NCBI GenBank assembly: GCA_950097015.1 | Contig: CATNEN010000038.1 | Span: 18,166,001-18,230,000, forward strand | Origin: Macrostomum hystrix | Lineage: Eukaryota > Animalia > Platyhelminthes | DNA length: 64,000 bases | Direction: 5' to 3' | In this document: positions 62,101-64,000 of the stretch, piece after piece | How positions within the stretch are numbered: the stretch's first letter is position 1 | Layout of the letters: each line of letters begins with the position of its first letter | The notes under the pieces: model-generated | Databases searched by the model: none | Told to the model about the DNA's origin: nothing | The model's input: only the letters and a program-made list of their open reading frames with translations | Position numbers and translations under genes: made by a program

Positions 62101-64000
62101 TCCAGATCTCACAGTTTGTCATCCAGATATCACCATTTCTCATCCAGATCTCACAGTTCTCATCCAGATCTCACTATTTCTCATCCAGATCTCACAGTTC
62201 TCATCCAGATCTCACCATTTCTCATCCAGATATCACCACTTCTCATCTAAATTTTACCATTTCTCATCCAGCTTTCACTTTTTCCTATCCAGATCTCACA
62301 GCATCTAGACAATGCGGTACAGACTCTGGTACATGCTCTGGTATCAAAAGGCTTTGAATTTACTCCTTAAAAATCGCACGCATACTGACCCAGGCCTCAT
62401 TGGAAAGCGCAAGTCAGACCACTCCTGTTGTCTCGGCCAGTGTGTCCACCTCACCGCATTCAGCTGCTGTCTCCGCTGCCGCCGCTTCGGCCCAGGCCAT
62501 CGCTTTGTTATCAATTCCTCCGTCAACTCCACTACGGCATCGCCAACTGTCCATTGTTGATGGTGGCGGCGGAGGCGGAGGCGGCGCCAGTAGCGGCGGT
62601 CGGCGACTATCAACAGCCACGGTCGCTGCTCCAGCGTCAGCCAACGCCTCCTTCGCCTCATCGCTTGGCTCCTCCCCGATGCTGGCTCCGATCAGTCCGT
62701 CTGACGCTCTGGACGAGTCTCTGATTGGCCTGCAGACTAGCCAAATCCTATTGGAGACCTGCTTCAATTCCGTGCTGGATTGGAGCCCGGCTGATGTACT
62801 TCTGGCGCATCTGCACAGCGTTCTGGCGGCTCTGACTTCCGAGGGCGAATCGTACTCTGGCGCCAGAGCTGCCGCCGCTGTTACTGCCACCGACCCGCTG
62901 CGCTGCATCCGTTTGGCTGCCGCCGTCAAAGGACTGCTACACGCGTTTCCTCTGCTCATGTTGCTGGGTTTGTACTTTGCTATTGATTGCAGCTCAGTGG
63001 TTGTAGCTCCAGACTATCTTTGACCGGATAGGTTGGGAGTTTGTAATCTCAGAATTTGTAATTCTTGTCGGGATGTCTGGTGACAATAACCACTAAAATG
63101 GGCATCATTTTCTGCTCGTACTCGTAAAATTTTATTATTCATTGTCTGGAAAAGTTGTCTTGAATATTTTTAATGGTTGCCAGCATTTACTGGTGTGATT
63201 GTGGTTGGGTGTTCTCCCCAGTCCGTGGACTGAGCAGCCCATTACGAATTCTTAAGATGCGTCGCCCAATAGCTGCGGATGTACTATCAAAAATTATGAA
63301 TCTAACCTTTTTTTTAATTTTATTGTTTTTAGACAATAATGAAACTCAATTGACGACGTTGCAACAGCCATCAGGTGAAACAGAAGAAATAGAGGAGGAG
63401 CAAAATCAAGAGCAGTCCAAGGTGCTCAACCAAACTGGCTTCAACAACAGCGAGGTGCTTGGCGGCTTCCTATCGGCCAAGTGGGAGCCTTTTCGTGCGG
63501 CAATGGCCGCCCTAGGCGACAGATCGGTGGCCCTGCTGCATGCAGTCAGGTACGGAGCCGAGCCTCTGGTCAAGGACATTGCCACCGCTGCTGTGAGCAT
63601 CTGTTGTCGCCGCTTGACTCCGCTGATCTACTCAATCGGCAACAACAACGTGTCCACCTTTCTTAGCTGGCTAGCCACCAGGCAATGCCCGAACGACGCT
63701 GTTGGCCTAAGAATGCTGGCCTCACTAAAGCAATCAGCTGCTAGTCGTCTCAGCAAACGATGCTCAGATTTGAGACGACTTTTGCGTCTGCTGCGCAAGG
63801 AGCTCAAAGTTATTGCTGTCGGCGGCGACGGCAGCAGCCTTGGCCAGGCTGGAAAAGCTCTGAGAGACTTTGCCGCCAGCATCGACGACCTGCTGGGCGC
63901 TGCTGAGGCTGCTGCGGATCTTGATGAAGACGACTATTGCATTGACGAATACTTAATCGAGAATGGCCCTATAGCTGACGCGATTTCTGATGCCGAATCT
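56194..64000 (+). CDS. KIF14: Kinesin-3, KIF14-like motor protein (5' exon unresolved, 3' end beyond the window)
   Basis: Exons 56194-56955, 57829-58582, 60880-61148, 62394-62967, 63333-end. Motifs VAVRIRPF, GYNACLFAYGMTSSGKT, LKVREHP..GPYV, WLALGNKQRATAST..SSRSH, DLAGSER, PYRDS..SLGGNS. Confidence 0.82.
57036..57758 (+). repeat. 28-bp intronic minisatellite
   Basis: Tandem ACTTACCACCCACCCGTCATTCAGAATC. Confidence 0.96.
58655..60820 (+). repeat. 19-bp intronic minisatellite
   Basis: Tandem CAGTTCAGTAGGATTCTGT. Confidence 0.97.
61204..61553 (-). mobile_element. Solo LTR inserted at the edge of a minisatellite
   Basis: TGATAT..ATCTCA termini, 4-bp TSD CAGA, TATA-like run at ~61433-61440. It separates repeat units at 61170-61203 from the main array. 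Confidence 0.6.
61554..62300 (+). repeat. 20/21-bp intronic minisatellite
   Basis: Tandem CCAGATCTCACAGTTCTCAT. Confidence 0.95.
63178..63280 (+). mobile_element. SINE 3' fragment
   Basis: CCAGCATT..CCCCAGTCCGTGGACTGA..AGATGCGTCGCCCAATAGCTGCGG matches 47710-47810. Confidence 0.65.

Noticed and set aside
61149-62393. Second U12 intron (donor GTATTTTT, TCCTTAA near the 3' end)
   Set aside because: The donor lacks the invariant CC at +5/+6, and a U2-type CTGAC branch lies next to the AG.

Overview
Repeat-rich animal genomic DNA with spliced genes. The gene style, SINE family and dense 17-37 bp minisatellites suggest a free-living flatworm such as Macrostomum, but this is inference only. The first ~15 kb is decayed transposon and virus DNA: a Polinton/adintovirus remnant (integrase-chromodomain, basic ORF, major capsid) with an RTE-like LINE tail inserted; a minisatellite-bearing repeat in inverted copies; a hAT MITE; a LINE RT fragment; a probable solo LTR; and a piggyBac 5' end joined to a Polinton polB fragment. 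From 15 to 64 kb I reconstructed seven host genes by hand: a CAP-EGF-EGF GPI-type protein (+), an MTMR10-like pseudophosphatase (-), NAA20 (+, with a U12-type intron), an intronless DEG/ENaC channel nested antisense in NAA20 intron 1, a beta-lactamase-fold serine hydrolase (+), a NOL7-like gene (+) and a KIF14-like kinesin (+, running off the window). Most large introns carry their own minisatellite, and two arrays can be traced to units inside mobile elements (a SINE A-box head and a TE-internal 23-mer). Most long ORFs in the supplied track are translated minisatellites, not genes. All family assignments rest on motif recognition by eye; no searches were run.
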